From positions 1,249-65,248 of the forward strand of contig JABHGY010000023.1 in NCBI GenBank assembly GCA_018671775.1: DNA of 64,000 nucleotides, read 5' to 3'. This stretch comes from Fidelibacterota bacterium (GTDB lineage: Bacteria; Fidelibacterota; Marinisomatia; Marinisomatales; UBA1611). Shown here piece after piece: positions 28,482-39,177 of the stretch. A program made the position numbers and the translations under genes. The notes below the pieces were generated by a model. The model was not told the DNA's origin and did no database searches. It saw only the letters and a program-made list of their open reading frames with translations. The first letter of the stretch is position 1. Every line of letters begins with the position of its first letter.

Positions 28482-29450
28482 ATGAAGATACCATTGTTAC
28501 GCGTTTTAAGCTCCGCTTCTAATATTTTGGTGGGAGGGCAAGCTGTCATTGAAGGTGTAATGATGCGCGTTCCCGGCGCTTATGCAACTGCGGTGAGAGA
28601 TCCACAGGGTGATATTCAAATTAAGCGTAAAGATTTCGTTGCAATTACGGAAAGGTCCCCTTTTTGGAAAAAACCGATACTACGCGGAATGGCTTCTTTA
28701 TTTGAAGCAATGAAAATTGGAATGGGCACATTACAATGGTCTGCAGATATTGCGATTCCATTAGAAGAAGGAGAAAAAGAACCTGGAAAAATATCAAATT
28801 TTCTAACCACTGTATTTTCGATAGCCTTAGCAATTCTCCTCTTTATGATTGCCCCAATGTGGATTACGACGAAATTGCTCATGATTGAGAAAGAGGCGTT
28901 GATGTTTAATTTGGTTTCAGGGGGATTTCGCATTTTATTTTTTGTTGTATATCTCGGGCTCATTTCTCTTATCAAGGATGTGCGGAGATTATTTCAATAT
29001 CATGGCGCTGAACACAGAGTTGTGTATAATTTTGAATCAGGCAAAGAGCTCACGGTTAAAAATGCCCAATCTTTTCCAACGCAACATCCACGATGTGGCA
29101 CCAGCTTTTTATTCATTGTTCTTTTATCAGCGATTCTAGTTTTTGCTCTGATCGATTTAATTGTCATCCATTTTTTGGGAACGATTTCCCTGCCAATTCG
29201 CTTATTATTTCATCTGCCATTAATTCCATTTGTTTCAGGCATTGGATATGAAGTGATCAAGTTGACAGCAAAGAAAAATAATTTATTTTTTCGTGCACTA
29301 AAGCAACCAGGTTTGTGGTTACAAAATATAACGACACGGGAGCCAGAAGATGAAATGGTTGAAGTAGCAATAACGGCATTAAAAGAAGCTTTTGGGGATG
29401 AGTTTGATTCGGTATCAGGGAAAAAATATGTTGCAGAGGCAATCGGTTGA
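28482..29450 (+). CDS. DUF1385 domain-containing membrane protein (PrmC-associated, YqhQ-like)
   Basis: VGGQAVIEGVMMR...YHGAEHRVV... signature, and the classical position just upstream of prfA-prmC. The track start at 28365 would overlap rpmE and the terminator. Confidence 0.85.
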   Translation: MKIPLLRVLSSASNILVGGQAVIEGVMMRVPGAYATAVRDPQGDIQIKRKDFVAITERSPFWKKPILRGMASLFEAMKIGMGTLQWSADIAIPLEEGEKEPGKISNFLTTVFSIALAILLFMIAPMWITTKLLMIEKEALMFNLVSGGFRILFFVVYLGLISLIKDVRRLFQYHGAEHRVVYNFESGKELTVKNAQSFPTQHPRCGTSFLFIVLLSAILVFALIDLIVIHFLGTISLPIRLLFHLPLIPFVSGIGYEVIKLTAKKNNLFFRALKQPGLWLQNITTREPEDEMVEVAITALKEAFGDEFDSVSGKKYVAEAIG

Positions 29451-30514
29451 AACAAAAACTCATATCAATAATAGAAAAATATGATCGCATTTCAGAGAAA
29501 ATGGCAGAACCGGATATTGTAACCAATGTTGAAAAAATTAAAGAATTATCTCAAGAACAAAAGCAGTTAGAAGAAATTGTAATTGTGGCAAAAGCCTACA
29601 TTTTACTTTTGGAGCAGATTGAAGAATATAAAGAATTGAGCGATAGCGATGATGATGAATTAAAAATGATGGCCGAGGAAGAGCTCATATCTTCTGAAGA
29701 GAACCAAATAAAATTAGAAGATCAGATAAAAGTTTTACTCCTTCCAAAAAATCCACATGATAATAAAAATCTCATTTTGGAAATTCGCGCAGGAACGGGT
29801 GGCGATGAAGCTGCCCTTTTTGCGGCTGATTTATATCGTTTGTATACAAGGTTCTCGGAAAGAAATAATTGGAAGCTAAAAGTCATTCAATCAAGTGGAA
29901 CAGGTATTGGGGGATTCAAAGAAATCATCGTTGCATTGGAGGGGAAAGGCGCTTACGGAAAGCTAAAATATGAAAGTGGTGTTCATCGCGTCCAACGTGT
30001 ACCTAAAACAGAAACGAGTGGAAGAGTGCACACGTCTGCTGCGACAGTTGCTGTCATGCCAGAAGCCAAAGATGTTGATGTGAGCGTAAATGAAGGTGAT
30101 TTAAAAATTGATACTTATCGTGCGAGTGGAGCTGGCGGACAGCATGTAAATAAAACGGAATCAGCGATTCGTATAACGCATATTCCAACTGGATTAGTTG
30201 TGACATGCCAGGATCAATCCTCTCAGCATAAAAACCGTGCAGCTGCGTTAAAAGTATTAAAATCAAGACTACTTGCGGCAGAGCAAGATAAAGTTGCAAA
30301 AAAACGTGCTGCTGAAAGAAAAAGTCTTGTTTCTACGGGGGACCGTTCAGCGAAGATTAGAACCTATAATTTTCCACAGGGACGGGTCACAGATCACCGT
30401 ATTCATTTTACGACACATCGTCTCAACGAAATTTTAGATGGCGATATAATCGAACTGATTGAGGAATTAAAAATAGCCGAACAGCAAGAATTGTTGGCAG
30501 CAGAAGTAGAATAA
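29447..30514 (+). CDS. prfA: Peptide chain release factor 1
   Basis: PxT-region and SGAGGQHVNKTESAIRITHIPTG (GGQ). TTG start in a TTGA overlap. The conserved N-terminal helix LISIIEKYDRISEKMAEPDIV lies upstream of the first ATG. Confidence 0.96.
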   Translation: MKQKLISIIEKYDRISEKMAEPDIVTNVEKIKELSQEQKQLEEIVIVAKAYILLLEQIEEYKELSDSDDDELKMMAEEELISSEENQIKLEDQIKVLLLPKNPHDNKNLILEIRAGTGGDEAALFAADLYRLYTRFSERNNWKLKVIQSSGTGIGGFKEIIVALEGKGAYGKLKYESGVHRVQRVPKTETSGRVHTSAATVAVMPEAKDVDVSVNEGDLKIDTYRASGAGGQHVNKTESAIRITHIPTGLVVTCQDQSSQHKNRAAALKVLKSRLLAAEQDKVAKKRAAERKSLVSTGDRSAKIRTYNFPQGRVTDHRIHFTTHRLNEILDGDIIELIEELKIAEQQELLAAEVE

Positions 30515-31387
30515 ATGTCTCGGCCTGTCCAAGAAAAAACTTGGCGTGTAATTGATATCATTCATTGGGCAGAGGACTATTTTAAAGAAAAAGATTTTGA
30601 TAATCCCAGAAGAGAGATTGAGTGGTTTCTTCGCGAATTATTGGCATGTTCACGCATGGATATCTATTTGCGATTTGAAGAAGCCCTTTCCAAAACACAG
30701 CTTTCCACATTGCGTAAATGGGTTAATCGCCGAATAGAAAATGAACCATTACAATATATTACAGGCTCAACAGCATTTTATGGAAGGAAGTATTTTGTAA
30801 CGGACCAGGTTCTTATCCCAAGACCAGAGACGGAGCGTTTGATTGAAATAGCGCTAGAAAAAATGTCAGCAAAACAATCTTGGGAAGGGACAGACATTGG
30901 AACAGGCTCTGGTTGCATTGGCATTACTATGGCGCTTGAATGTCCGGACTCGAAATTCTTAGGCTTGGATATTTCTAAGAAGTCTCTAGAAATTGCACAA
31001 AAAAATGCCAACCTTCACCAGGTAGAAAATATTCATTTTGAAGAAAAAGATATCTTGAAAAATGGATTTGAAAAACCAGTAGATCTAATCGTTTGTAATC
31101 CGCCATATATTCCTATTGAAGAAATGGAAACGCTAATGCCGGATGTAAAAAATCATGAGCCTTTTTTAGCATTGACAGATAACGAAGATGGATTAACTTT
31201 TTATCGACGCTTATCAAAAATGGCAGATCAATGGATTAAACCAAATGGGTGGCTAATCATGGAAGTGGGTTTAGGGAATCACCCAAAAAAGGCCATGGAT
31301 ATCTTTCGATCATCTGGATTTAAACAGGTGGAATTAATAAAGGATTATAATGGCGATGATAGAATATTGCTTGTTAATATCACTTAA
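30515..31387 (+). CDS. prmC: Release-factor glutamine N5-methyltransferase
   Basis: PLQYITGSTAFYGRKYFV, DIGTGSGCIGI, and the VCNPPYI (NPPY) motif. Confidence 0.93.
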   Translation: MSRPVQEKTWRVIDIIHWAEDYFKEKDFDNPRREIEWFLRELLACSRMDIYLRFEEALSKTQLSTLRKWVNRRIENEPLQYITGSTAFYGRKYFVTDQVLIPRPETERLIEIALEKMSAKQSWEGTDIGTGSGCIGITMALECPDSKFLGLDISKKSLEIAQKNANLHQVENIHFEEKDILKNGFEKPVDLIVCNPPYIPIEEMETLMPDVKNHEPFLALTDNEDGLTFYRRLSKMADQWIKPNGWLIMEVGLGNHPKKAMDIFRSSGFKQVELIKDYNGDDRILLVNIT

Positions 31388-32235
31388 TGAATAAGGGGCT
31401 GGCACATCTAAAATTAATTCGTCCAATGAATCTACTCACGGGCGGTATGGCGGTCTATTTTTCATCTCATATTGTTGGATTTTCTGGAGAGTCTGTTATT
31501 CTAATTTTCGCAATGCTGGTTGTGGTGTGTTTTAACGCAGGCGCCAATGCTTATAATGATTATATTGATTTTGAAACGGACAAAATTAATCGCCCTTTAC
31601 GTCCTTTGAGCTTAGGCATTATCTCAAAAAATTCAGCTTTATATTCTGCTATCTTTTTCTTTTTGCTTGGAACGATTTTTGCTTTTCAATTGAGCGATGA
31701 ATCCAAAATAATTGGGATAGGGATTGCCCTTCCCTTGATGATTTTATATAGCAGATATCTAAAAGGACGACCCTTAATTGGAAATTTTATAATCGCCTTG
31801 ATTTTGGGATTAACGTTTCTTTTTTCTGGTGCAGCATTTGGAAACATATCGGCTCTATTCCTTCCTGCTATTTTGGCCTTTGGTCTAACGTTCATTCGAG
31901 AGTTAGTAAAAGACATTGCAGATTTAGAGGGAGATAAGCAATCTCAACTTCATACGTACCCAATTATGGCTGGCACTGAAAAGAGCGTACGCTTGGTTGC
32001 GATTTTTTCCGCAATCGTTGGTGTTGGTGCTTTTATTCCATATCTTATAGGAATGTATAGTTTAGTTTATGGCATATTATTGATTTTGGGCGTTGAGATT
32101 CCTTTGGGAATCGTTGTAGCTTCACTGCTGAAAAACCCAGAGAAAAAGACAGCAATCCACGCTGCGAAATTATTAAAAATGAGCACCATCATTGGTTTGC
32201 TTGCAATTTATTTAGGCTCTATTTATGACATCTGA
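31387..32235 (+). CDS. UbiA-family prenyltransferase, closest in motif pattern to archaeal-type (di)geranylgeranylglyceryl-phosphate synthases
   Basis: LIRPMNLLTGGMAV, the first Asp-rich motif NAYNDYIDFETDKINRPLRPL, and the second motif VKDIADLEGDKQ. About 8-9 TM helices. Confidence 0.7.
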   Translation: MNKGLAHLKLIRPMNLLTGGMAVYFSSHIVGFSGESVILIFAMLVVVCFNAGANAYNDYIDFETDKINRPLRPLSLGIISKNSALYSAIFFFLLGTIFAFQLSDESKIIGIGIALPLMILYSRYLKGRPLIGNFIIALILGLTFLFSGAAFGNISALFLPAILAFGLTFIRELVKDIADLEGDKQSQLHTYPIMAGTEKSVRLVAIFSAIVGVGAFIPYLIGMYSLVYGILLILGVEIPLGIVVASLLKNPEKKTAIHAAKLLKMSTIIGLLAIYLGSIYDI

Positions 32236-35200
32236 ATTCGTACATCTTCATAATCACTCAGACTATAGTTTATTAGATGGAGCACAACGGGTTGATCAGC
32301 TTGTGAATACGATTGGTGATTTGAATATGGATTCTGTTGCCCTAACGGAACATGGGAATATGTTCAGCGTAGTGCCTTATTATAAAGCAGCGAAAAAAGC
32401 AAAAATTAAGCCCATTATTGGCTGTGAAGTTTATGTGGCTGTAGGCAGTCGCTTTGAAAAGAAGACAACCCAAGAACATGGTTGGGGAAATAACCATCTT
32501 GTTTTACTCGTCCAAAATAAAACCGGTTATAAAAATTTGATGAAGTTAGTCACTGCAGGTTATTTGGAAGGATTTTATTATCGCCCTCGGATCGACATGG
32601 AGATGCTTGCTGAATTTAGTGAAGGTCTAATTTGCCTTTCGGGTTGTTTAAAAGGGGCCGTCCCAGAGAAAATGTTGAAAGGAGATTATCAGGGTGCACG
32701 CGCATTAGCGCTCAAATTTTCAGAAATGTTTCCCGATCGATATTATTTGGAAATTCAGAATCATGGCATCCCAGAAGAAGCAGAAAATATTAAAAATATG
32801 GAAAAACTATCGGCAGATTTGGGTTTGCCATTGGTGTGCACTAATGATGCCCATTATGCAAAAAAAGAACATTCAGATGCTCATGACATTCATATTTGCC
32901 TTGGAACAGGAAAAGAACGGAGTGATGTCAATAGGCTCCGCTATGCTACGCCAGAATTTTATTTTAAGACACAAGATGAGATGCATCATCTTTTTAAGGA
33001 TTATTCTGGTGCATTAGAAAATACGCGTCGTATCGCGGATAGCATTGATATGGATTTAACTTTTGGGAATCTACTCTTGCCAAAATATATGATTCCAGAA
33101 AATGCAAGCACGCAAGACCCAGATAATTATTTAAAATTTTTGTCCGATTCGGGGACTGAAAATCTATTGGGCGAAATTGCGCCTGATACTCGAAAACGGC
33201 TTGACCATGAGTTGGCGGTGATTAAAAAAATGGGATACGCGGGCTACTTTTTAATTACAGCGGACTTTGTCAAATATGCGAAAAATAATGACATTCCTGT
33301 TGGCCCAGGTCGTGGATCGGCAGCTGGATCTTTGGTATCTTATGCTTTAGGCATTACAAGTATTAATCCTTTAAAACATGATTTACTTTTTGAACGATTT
33401 TTAAATCCTGACCGTGTTAGTATGCCCGATATTGATATTGATTTTTGTATTGAAAGACGTGGCGAGGTGATTGATTATATTAAAGGGCAATATGGAGAAA
33501 ACTCTGTTACTCAAATTATTACTTTTGGAAAAATGAAAGCGAAACAGGTGGTGCGAGATGTTGGCCGTGTATTAAGCTTTTCTTATAATGAAGTAGATCG
33601 TATTGCAAAAGCGATTCCAAACGAATTAAATATTACCCTAGATGCCGCATTGAAAAAAAGCCCCGAGCTTCAGAAAATGGCAGAAGGCACATACAAGGAA
33701 CTCATTGAGCAAGCTAAAATTCTAGAAGGGATGAATCGACACGCATCCACCCATGCCGCTGGGGTTGTTGTTGTTCCTGGGAATCTTACAGATTACGTTC
33801 CACTTTATAAATCGAGCGCGGGGGACGTTACCAGTCAATATGATATGAAAGGTTTGGAAGCATTAGGTCTATTAAAAATGGACTTTTTAGGACTTCGAAA
33901 TCTGACTGTTATTGATAAAGCGATCCAATTAATCAAGACAAAAGGTGAATCGATTGATATTGAAAAAATTGATATGGAAGATCCAAAAATCTATGAATTG
34001 TTTGCAAAAGGCCTAACTATTGGTGTTTTTCAATTTGAATCATCTGGGATGAGGGAATTCCTAAAGAAGTTGAAGCCAACCGTATTAGAAGATTTGGTGG
34101 CGATGAATGCATTATACCGTCCAGGTCCGATGCAAAATATTTCAGAATTTATCGATCGAAAGCATGGAAAAAAAGCGATTGATTATCCTCATCCCATTAT
34201 GGAAAAAATCCTGAAAGAGACTTACGGAATTATAGTATATCAAGAACAGGTAATGCAGATTGCGCATGAGGTTGCGGATTTTACATTAGCTGAAGCAGAT
34301 TTGATGCGTCGAGCCATGGGGAAAAAAATTACAGCCCTTATGGATGAAATGGGGCAAAAATTCATTAAAGGTGCTAGAAAAAAAGGTATCTCTGAAAAAA
34401 AAGCGCAGAGTATTTTTGCCTTGATAGAAAAATTTGCCCAGTATGGTTTTAATAAAAGTCACTCAGTGGCTTACGCTTATATTGCTTATCAAACGGCTTG
34501 GCTTAAAGTGCATCATCCCGCAGAATTTTTATCAGCAAACTTAACTAGTGAAATGTCCACTACGGATCGGATTGTAATATTACTCAATGAATGTAGAAAA
34601 TCAAATATCGAGGTAAATCTTCCTGATATTAATGTGTCTGATGTGCATTTTAAACCCGTGAACGAAAAAGTAATTTCCTATGGGTTAAACGCCATAAAAA
34701 ATGTAGGGATTAAAGCGTTGGAAAATATGGTTGCAGACAGAGAAGAGAATGGTTCGTTTGAATCTATTTATGATTTGTGTGCAAGAGCGGACCAAAGGAC
34801 CGTCAATAAAAAAGTCTTGGAGAGCCTCATCCTTGCTGGCGCTATGGATAATTTTGAAGGCACAAGGACTCAAATGTTTCATGCCGTTGATGATGCCATT
34901 CGGTATGGGCAACAAATGCAAAGCAGTAAAGATAAAAATCAGGTAGATATGTTTGGAAATGCAGATGGCCAAAGTAATTTAATTAGAACGCCACGATTAC
35001 CGGATATTTCTGAATGGTCAGAACAAGAAACATTAGAAAAAGAGAAAGAAGTTTTAGGCCTATATCTAACGGGGCATCCGTTACTTAAGCACGCAGAAGA
35101 CTTAGAAGAATTTTCCAATGCAGATTTTGATAGCGATATGGTTTTGTCTAAAAACGATGTTGTTACGATTGGAGGCCTCATTACAGGTATAACTCGTCGT

Positions 35201-35659
35201 TTTGACAAAAGAAATAATCCCATGGCATTTTTCAGTTTGGATTGTTTGGGCGGACGTGCCGAGATCGTCGTTTTTAGTCGCTGTTTCAAAGACTATGGAG
35301 AATTAGTTGAAGAAGGAAAAGTTGTTTTTGTAAAAGGAAAACCCTCTGACAACACTGATTTCTCTGATTTTAAAATGTTGGCTGATGAAATCATACCCAT
35401 AAATCGCGTTAGAGATTTACTTTCTTCAAGGTTGAATATTCGATTTCAATCTGATTTATCCAATGCGGAATCTGTCGAGCAAGTTTATTCCTTAGCCCAT
35501 CGGTTCCCTGGAAACTGTAGTATGGTTTTTTATCTTTCAAATGGAAAAGAAACCAAACCAACGCGAGTTTTAGCGCATAATATAAAAGTTTCTACCGAGA
35601 GAGAATTTTTAAGGCAGCTGAGAGAGATCTACGGTAAAGAAAATATTTGGATCGAATGA
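32225..35659 (+). CDS. dnaE: DNA polymerase III alpha subunit
   Basis: PHP domain [15 protein letters not shown], palm PDIDIDF, fingers, and an OB-fold. 1144 aa full length. Confidence 0.97.
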   Translation: MTSEFVHLHNHSDYSLLDGAQRVDQLVNTIGDLNMDSVALTEHGNMFSVVPYYKAAKKAKIKPIIGCEVYVAVGSRFEKKTTQEHGWGNNHLVLLVQNKTGYKNLMKLVTAGYLEGFYYRPRIDMEMLAEFSEGLICLSGCLKGAVPEKMLKGDYQGARALALKFSEMFPDRYYLEIQNHGIPEEAENIKNMEKLSADLGLPLVCTNDAHYAKKEHSDAHDIHICLGTGKERSDVNRLRYATPEFYFKTQDEMHHLFKDYSGALENTRRIADSIDMDLTFGNLLLPKYMIPENASTQDPDNYLKFLSDSGTENLLGEIAPDTRKRLDHELAVIKKMGYAGYFLITADFVKYAKNNDIPVGPGRGSAAGSLVSYALGITSINPLKHDLLFERFLNPDRVSMPDIDIDFCIERRGEVIDYIKGQYGENSVTQIITFGKMKAKQVVRDVGRVLSFSYNEVDRIAKAIPNELNITLDAALKKSPELQKMAEGTYKELIEQAKILEGMNRHASTHAAGVVVVPGNLTDYVPLYKSSAGDVTSQYDMKGLEALGLLKMDFLGLRNLTVIDKAIQLIKTKGESIDIEKIDMEDPKIYELFAKGLTIGVFQFESSGMREFLKKLKPTVLEDLVAMNALYRPGPMQNISEFIDRKHGKKAIDYPHPIMEKILKETYGIIVYQEQVMQIAHEVADFTLAEADLMRRAMGKKITALMDEMGQKFIKGARKKGISEKKAQSIFALIEKFAQYGFNKSHSVAYAYIAYQTAWLKVHHPAEFLSANLTSEMSTTDRIVILLNECRKSNIEVNLPDINVSDVHFKPVNEKVISYGLNAIKNVGIKALENMVADREENGSFESIYDLCARADQRTVNKKVLESLILAGAMDNFEGTRTQMFHAVDDAIRYGQQMQSSKDKNQVDMFGNADGQSNLIRTPRLPDISEWSEQETLEKEKEVLGLYLTGHPLLKHAEDLEEFSNADFDSDMVLSKNDVVTIGGLITGITRRFDKRNNPMAFFSLDCLGGRAEIVVFSRCFKDYGELVEEGKVVFVKGKPSDNTDFSDFKMLADEIIPINRVRDLLSSRLNIRFQSDLSNAESVEQVYSLAHRFPGNCSMVFYLSNGKETKPTRVLAHNIKVSTEREFLRQLREIYGKENIWIE

Positions 35660-36102
35660 TTGCTGTAATTCAACGTTGCTCCAAAGCAAAAGTATCTATT
35701 CGAGATACGGTTGTGGGCGAGATCGGAAATGGTTTACTTGTCTTGTTGGGCGTTGAGAAAAACGATTCTGAATCTGACGCAGAATATTTAGTAAAAAAAA
35801 TAACAAAGTTGCGCATTTTTAATGATAAAAATGCGAAAATGAATCTGTCATTATTAGATGTGAAGGGGTCCGCCTTGGTCGTAAGTCAATTTACCCTTTG
35901 TGGAAATACACAAAAAGGTCGCCGTCCAAGTTTTATCCACGCGGCCTCGCCAAAAGAAGCTAACCGACTTTATATTTATTTTATGGAAAAATTAAAAGAA
36001 CAAAAGGTTCCTGTTTCTTCGGGGGAATTTGGTGAAACAATGGATGTCTCTTTAGTGAATAATGGTCCTGTTACTTTTGTTTTAAATAGCATCAAAAAGT
36101 AA
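35656..36102 (+). CDS. dtd: D-aminoacyl-tRNA deacylase
   Basis: [15 protein letters not shown]...GLLVLLGV...VSQFTLCG...KGRRPSF...NNGPVT. ATGA overlap with the dnaE stop. Confidence 0.93.
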   Translation: MIAVIQRCSKAKVSIRDTVVGEIGNGLLVLLGVEKNDSESDAEYLVKKITKLRIFNDKNAKMNLSLLDVKGSALVVSQFTLCGNTQKGRRPSFIHAASPKEANRLYIYFMEKLKEQKVPVSSGEFGETMDVSLVNNGPVTFVLNSIKK

Positions 36103-36151
36103 AATGAATTTGCTTATGAACTCAGATTGAGACATTTTAAATTTAACACTT

Positions 36152-36556
36152 ATGAAAAGAAAAATACGAATACTCATGGCAAAGCCAGGCTTAGATGGTC
36201 ACGATCGTGGCATCAAAGTTTTAGCAGCAGCTTATCGTGATGCTGGAATGGAAGTGATATATCTCGGCTTACGTCAAACACCTGAAATGATCGTATCAGC
36301 AGCTTTACAAGAAGACGTTGATGTGATTGCCTTATCTAGTTTAAACAATGTCCATATGACCATTTTCCCTCGTGTCCTTGGTTTAATGAAAGAAAAAGGG
36401 ATTGATGATATCCTCTTGGTGGGAGGCGGAATAATTCCACAAAAAGATAGCGATGCATTGAAAGCACTTGGAGTTGGAGGATTGTTTGGACCGGGTACAC
36501 CCGTTCAGGAAACAGTTGATTTTATTACAAATTGGGTTTCAGAAAACCGTCGATAA
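36152..36556 (+). CDS. Cobalamin-binding domain protein (methylmalonyl-CoA mutase small / C-terminal subunit type)
   Basis: [29 protein letters not shown] carries the DxHxxG B12-binding motif. There is a Rossmann-like remainder ending in GPGT. Confidence 0.88.
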   Translation: MKRKIRILMAKPGLDGHDRGIKVLAAAYRDAGMEVIYLGLRQTPEMIVSAALQEDVDVIALSSLNNVHMTIFPRVLGLMKEKGIDDILLVGGGIIPQKDSDALKALGVGGLFGPGTPVQETVDFITNWVSENRR

Positions 36557-37324
36557 ATGAATATTCATAGTTTAGTTGATTTAGAAATTTATTTCGCGGA
36601 TCATATGGAGAGCATTTTATTTCCTGTTCTGGCGGATAAATATTATGAGAATGAAGATTTTACGCGAGCAAAACAAGTATGTGAAATTGGATTGTCGCAT
36701 CATGAAAATGATCAAAGTGGTTATTATATTTTAGGTTTGATTGAAAAACAAACGGGAAATTATAAGGAAGCAGAGAAAGCATTATTAAAATGCATTAATC
36801 ATCCTACTGAGCATTTATCTGCTCGATTGATCTTATGTCAAGTTCAGATGGAATTAGAGCGATCGCCTAAGACACTCCAGACCCATTGGAAGAAAGTTTT
36901 GGAACTGGATCCTGAAAATGAAGCTGCTCAAGTTTTTGTGCAAAGGATGGAAATGGAGCATAAAAAAGTAAAGCAGACAAAACAAAAATCTCCTAAAAAA
37001 CAAGCTAAAGCACCTAAAAAGAAGATAGAAAAAAAATCAGCTAAGACAAAAGATAAAAAGCTGGTCGTTAAAAAAACAAAAAAGGTAAAAGCATCCAAAA
37101 AAGTAAAAACAAAAGCTGTAGTAATCCCCGCCTATCAAAAAGATAGTGAGCCATTAAAAATCAGTTCAAGATTAGCCACATTTACGATGGTTACCGTTTT
37201 GAAAAATCAGGGGCTTTTAGATCAAGCATTAGAAGTATTAAATATTTTGGAAGAAAAAAACGAATCAAAAAAGCAAATTAAAGGAGAGCGGAAAGCAATC
37301 AAAGCATTGATTTCTAAAAGCTAA
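36557..37324 (+). CDS. TPR-like protein with histone-H1-like Lys-rich central segment
   Basis: N-terminal TPR-like helices, then KKVKQTKQKSPKKQAKAPKKKIEKKSAKTKDKKLVVKKTKKVKASKKVKTK, then a C-terminal ATFTMVTVLKNQGLLDQALEVLNIL helix pair. Confidence 0.6.
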   Translation: MNIHSLVDLEIYFADHMESILFPVLADKYYENEDFTRAKQVCEIGLSHHENDQSGYYILGLIEKQTGNYKEAEKALLKCINHPTEHLSARLILCQVQMELERSPKTLQTHWKKVLELDPENEAAQVFVQRMEMEHKKVKQTKQKSPKKQAKAPKKKIEKKSAKTKDKKLVVKKTKKVKASKKVKTKAVVIPAYQKDSEPLKISSRLATFTMVTVLKNQGLLDQALEVLNILEEKNESKKQIKGERKAIKALISKS

Positions 37325-37330
37325 AAAATT

Positions 37331-38413
37331 ATGAGTGAAAATATTTATTCTCGGCGTTTAACCCAACTCAAAGCAGTATTGTCAAATCAAAAACTTGATG
37401 GTATCTATATTACTAATTTAACAAATGTCCGGTATATCTCTGGATTTACTGGATCATCCGGCTCATGTTTAATTACCATGGATAAGGAATATTTTTTTAC
37501 GGATGGTCGTTATCTTACTCAATCAAAAAATGAAGTTAAAGGCTTTAGGTGTGTCATTGGCAATGACTCTCACCTAAAAATGATGGCCAAAGAGAATCTA
37601 ATGAGCGATGGAATTTCCATTGGATTTGAATCTGATTTTGTCTCTGTAAATTTATTTGAAAGCATTAAAAATTCCTTCCCAAAAGTAAAGTGGGAAAAAA
37701 CCAGTAGAATAATTGAAACACTCGCAGCGGTAAAAGATGAGACGGAATTAGACGCGCTCCGCACGGCTGTAGAAATTACAGATCAAGTTTATACAGAAGT
37801 GCTTCCTATGATAAAAGTGGGTGTTACAGAAAAAGAAATCGCCAACGAATTATCTTTTCGTTATCGTGCTTACGGAGATGGGGAAGCGTATTCTCCCATT
37901 GTCGCTACGGGACCAAATAGCGCTTTACCTCACGCCGTTTCTGGAGATCGACCATTTGCAAAAGGGGATTTTATCGTAATTGATGCGGCAGCAAAATATG
38001 CTGGTTATCATGCAGACATGACGCGAACACCAGTTGTGGGCGAAGCAACGGATCGCCATCGCGAGATATATGAAATTGTAAGGGAGGCTCAGCAAAAAGG
38101 GCTGAATGGCGTTAAGGCAGGTTTGGCCTGCAAAGAGGCTGATGCTTTAACCAGAACTCACATCGAAGCAGCGGGCTATGGAGAATATTATATTCACTCT
38201 ACAGGACATGGTCTTGGGCTTGAAATTCACACCATGCCACGATTGAGTGCCATGAGTACTGATACCTTGCAGGAAAATTATGTCGTTACCATTGAGCCGG
38301 GTATTTACATTCCTGAATTTGGCGGTGTCCGGATTGAAGATGATGTTATTATCCAAAAAGATGGTTGTGAAGTTTTGAATCAAACGACCAAAGAACTCGT
38401 TATTCTTAAGTAA
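37331..38413 (+). CDS. Xaa-Pro aminopeptidase / M24 family peptidase
   Basis: Creatinase-like N-domain, then the pita-bread metal ligands in DFIVIDAAAKYAGYHADMTRT, HSTGHGLGLEIHT and TIEPGIY...GGVRIEDD. Confidence 0.9.
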   Translation: MSENIYSRRLTQLKAVLSNQKLDGIYITNLTNVRYISGFTGSSGSCLITMDKEYFFTDGRYLTQSKNEVKGFRCVIGNDSHLKMMAKENLMSDGISIGFESDFVSVNLFESIKNSFPKVKWEKTSRIIETLAAVKDETELDALRTAVEITDQVYTEVLPMIKVGVTEKEIANELSFRYRAYGDGEAYSPIVATGPNSALPHAVSGDRPFAKGDFIVIDAAAKYAGYHADMTRTPVVGEATDRHREIYEIVREAQQKGLNGVKAGLACKEADALTRTHIEAAGYGEYYIHSTGHGLGLEIHTMPRLSAMSTDTLQENYVVTIEPGIYIPEFGGVRIEDDVIIQKDGCEVLNQTTKELVILK

Positions 38414-38430
38414 ATAATTCTCACCCAATT

Positions 38431-39177
38431 ATGAGTCGGAATATTTATTCAGAGCCCGCATTATATGATGCGGTCAATTGGTGGAAAAATAATGATGTAG
38501 CTTTTATTACTGGATTGGCAGATGAAATTAATGGATCCGTATTAGAATTAGCCGCAGGGACAGGACGCTTGGGTTTGGAGATAATGGCAAAAGGTCATTC
38601 CTATTTAGGCGTGGATTCCAGTCAAGAATATGTTGATTTTGCCAATCAAAAAATCCAGTCCAAAGGTTATTCAGGGAAAGTCGTTCTTGGAGATATGCGA
38701 AATTTTTCTTTGGGAAAGAAATTTGATTTTATATTTATTGGTTTTAATTCATTTTTTCATTTATTGAACAATAAAGAGGCATTCCAATGTTTAGAATCTG
38801 TATTTGATCATTTATCCGATGGCGGGAAGTTTTTAATCGATTTATTTATTCCAGATCCCAGTTTTTTATATAAAGACGATACTAAATTATATCATGTCAC
38901 AAATTTCACGTGGCCAGAAGATGGGTTAAAAGGTATGGTAAAAGAGAGGAATCATTATGAGGCAGAAACCCAGATAAATCATATTTACTGGTATTTTTAT
39001 AAAACGGGAATTGATGAAGCATCCTTATTTGAATTTGATATGCATATGATTTTTCCAGATACGATGGATAGGCTACTCTGTGACGCCGGTTTTACCATTC
39101 TGAATAAATATGGTGATCATGACAAATCGCCCTTTAACGAAGAAAGTGATTATCAGATTTATGTCTGTGAAAAATAA
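38431..39177 (+). CDS. Class I SAM-dependent methyltransferase
   Basis: Motif I VLELAAGTGRLGLEI, and ...FDFIFIGFNSFFHL. Confidence 0.8.
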   Translation: MSRNIYSEPALYDAVNWWKNNDVAFITGLADEINGSVLELAAGTGRLGLEIMAKGHSYLGVDSSQEYVDFANQKIQSKGYSGKVVLGDMRNFSLGKKFDFIFIGFNSFFHLLNNKEAFQCLESVFDHLSDGGKFLIDLFIPDPSFLYKDDTKLYHVTNFTWPEDGLKGMVKERNHYEAETQINHIYWYFYKTGIDEASLFEFDMHMIFPDTMDRLLCDAGFTILNKYGDHDKSPFNEESDYQIYVCEK

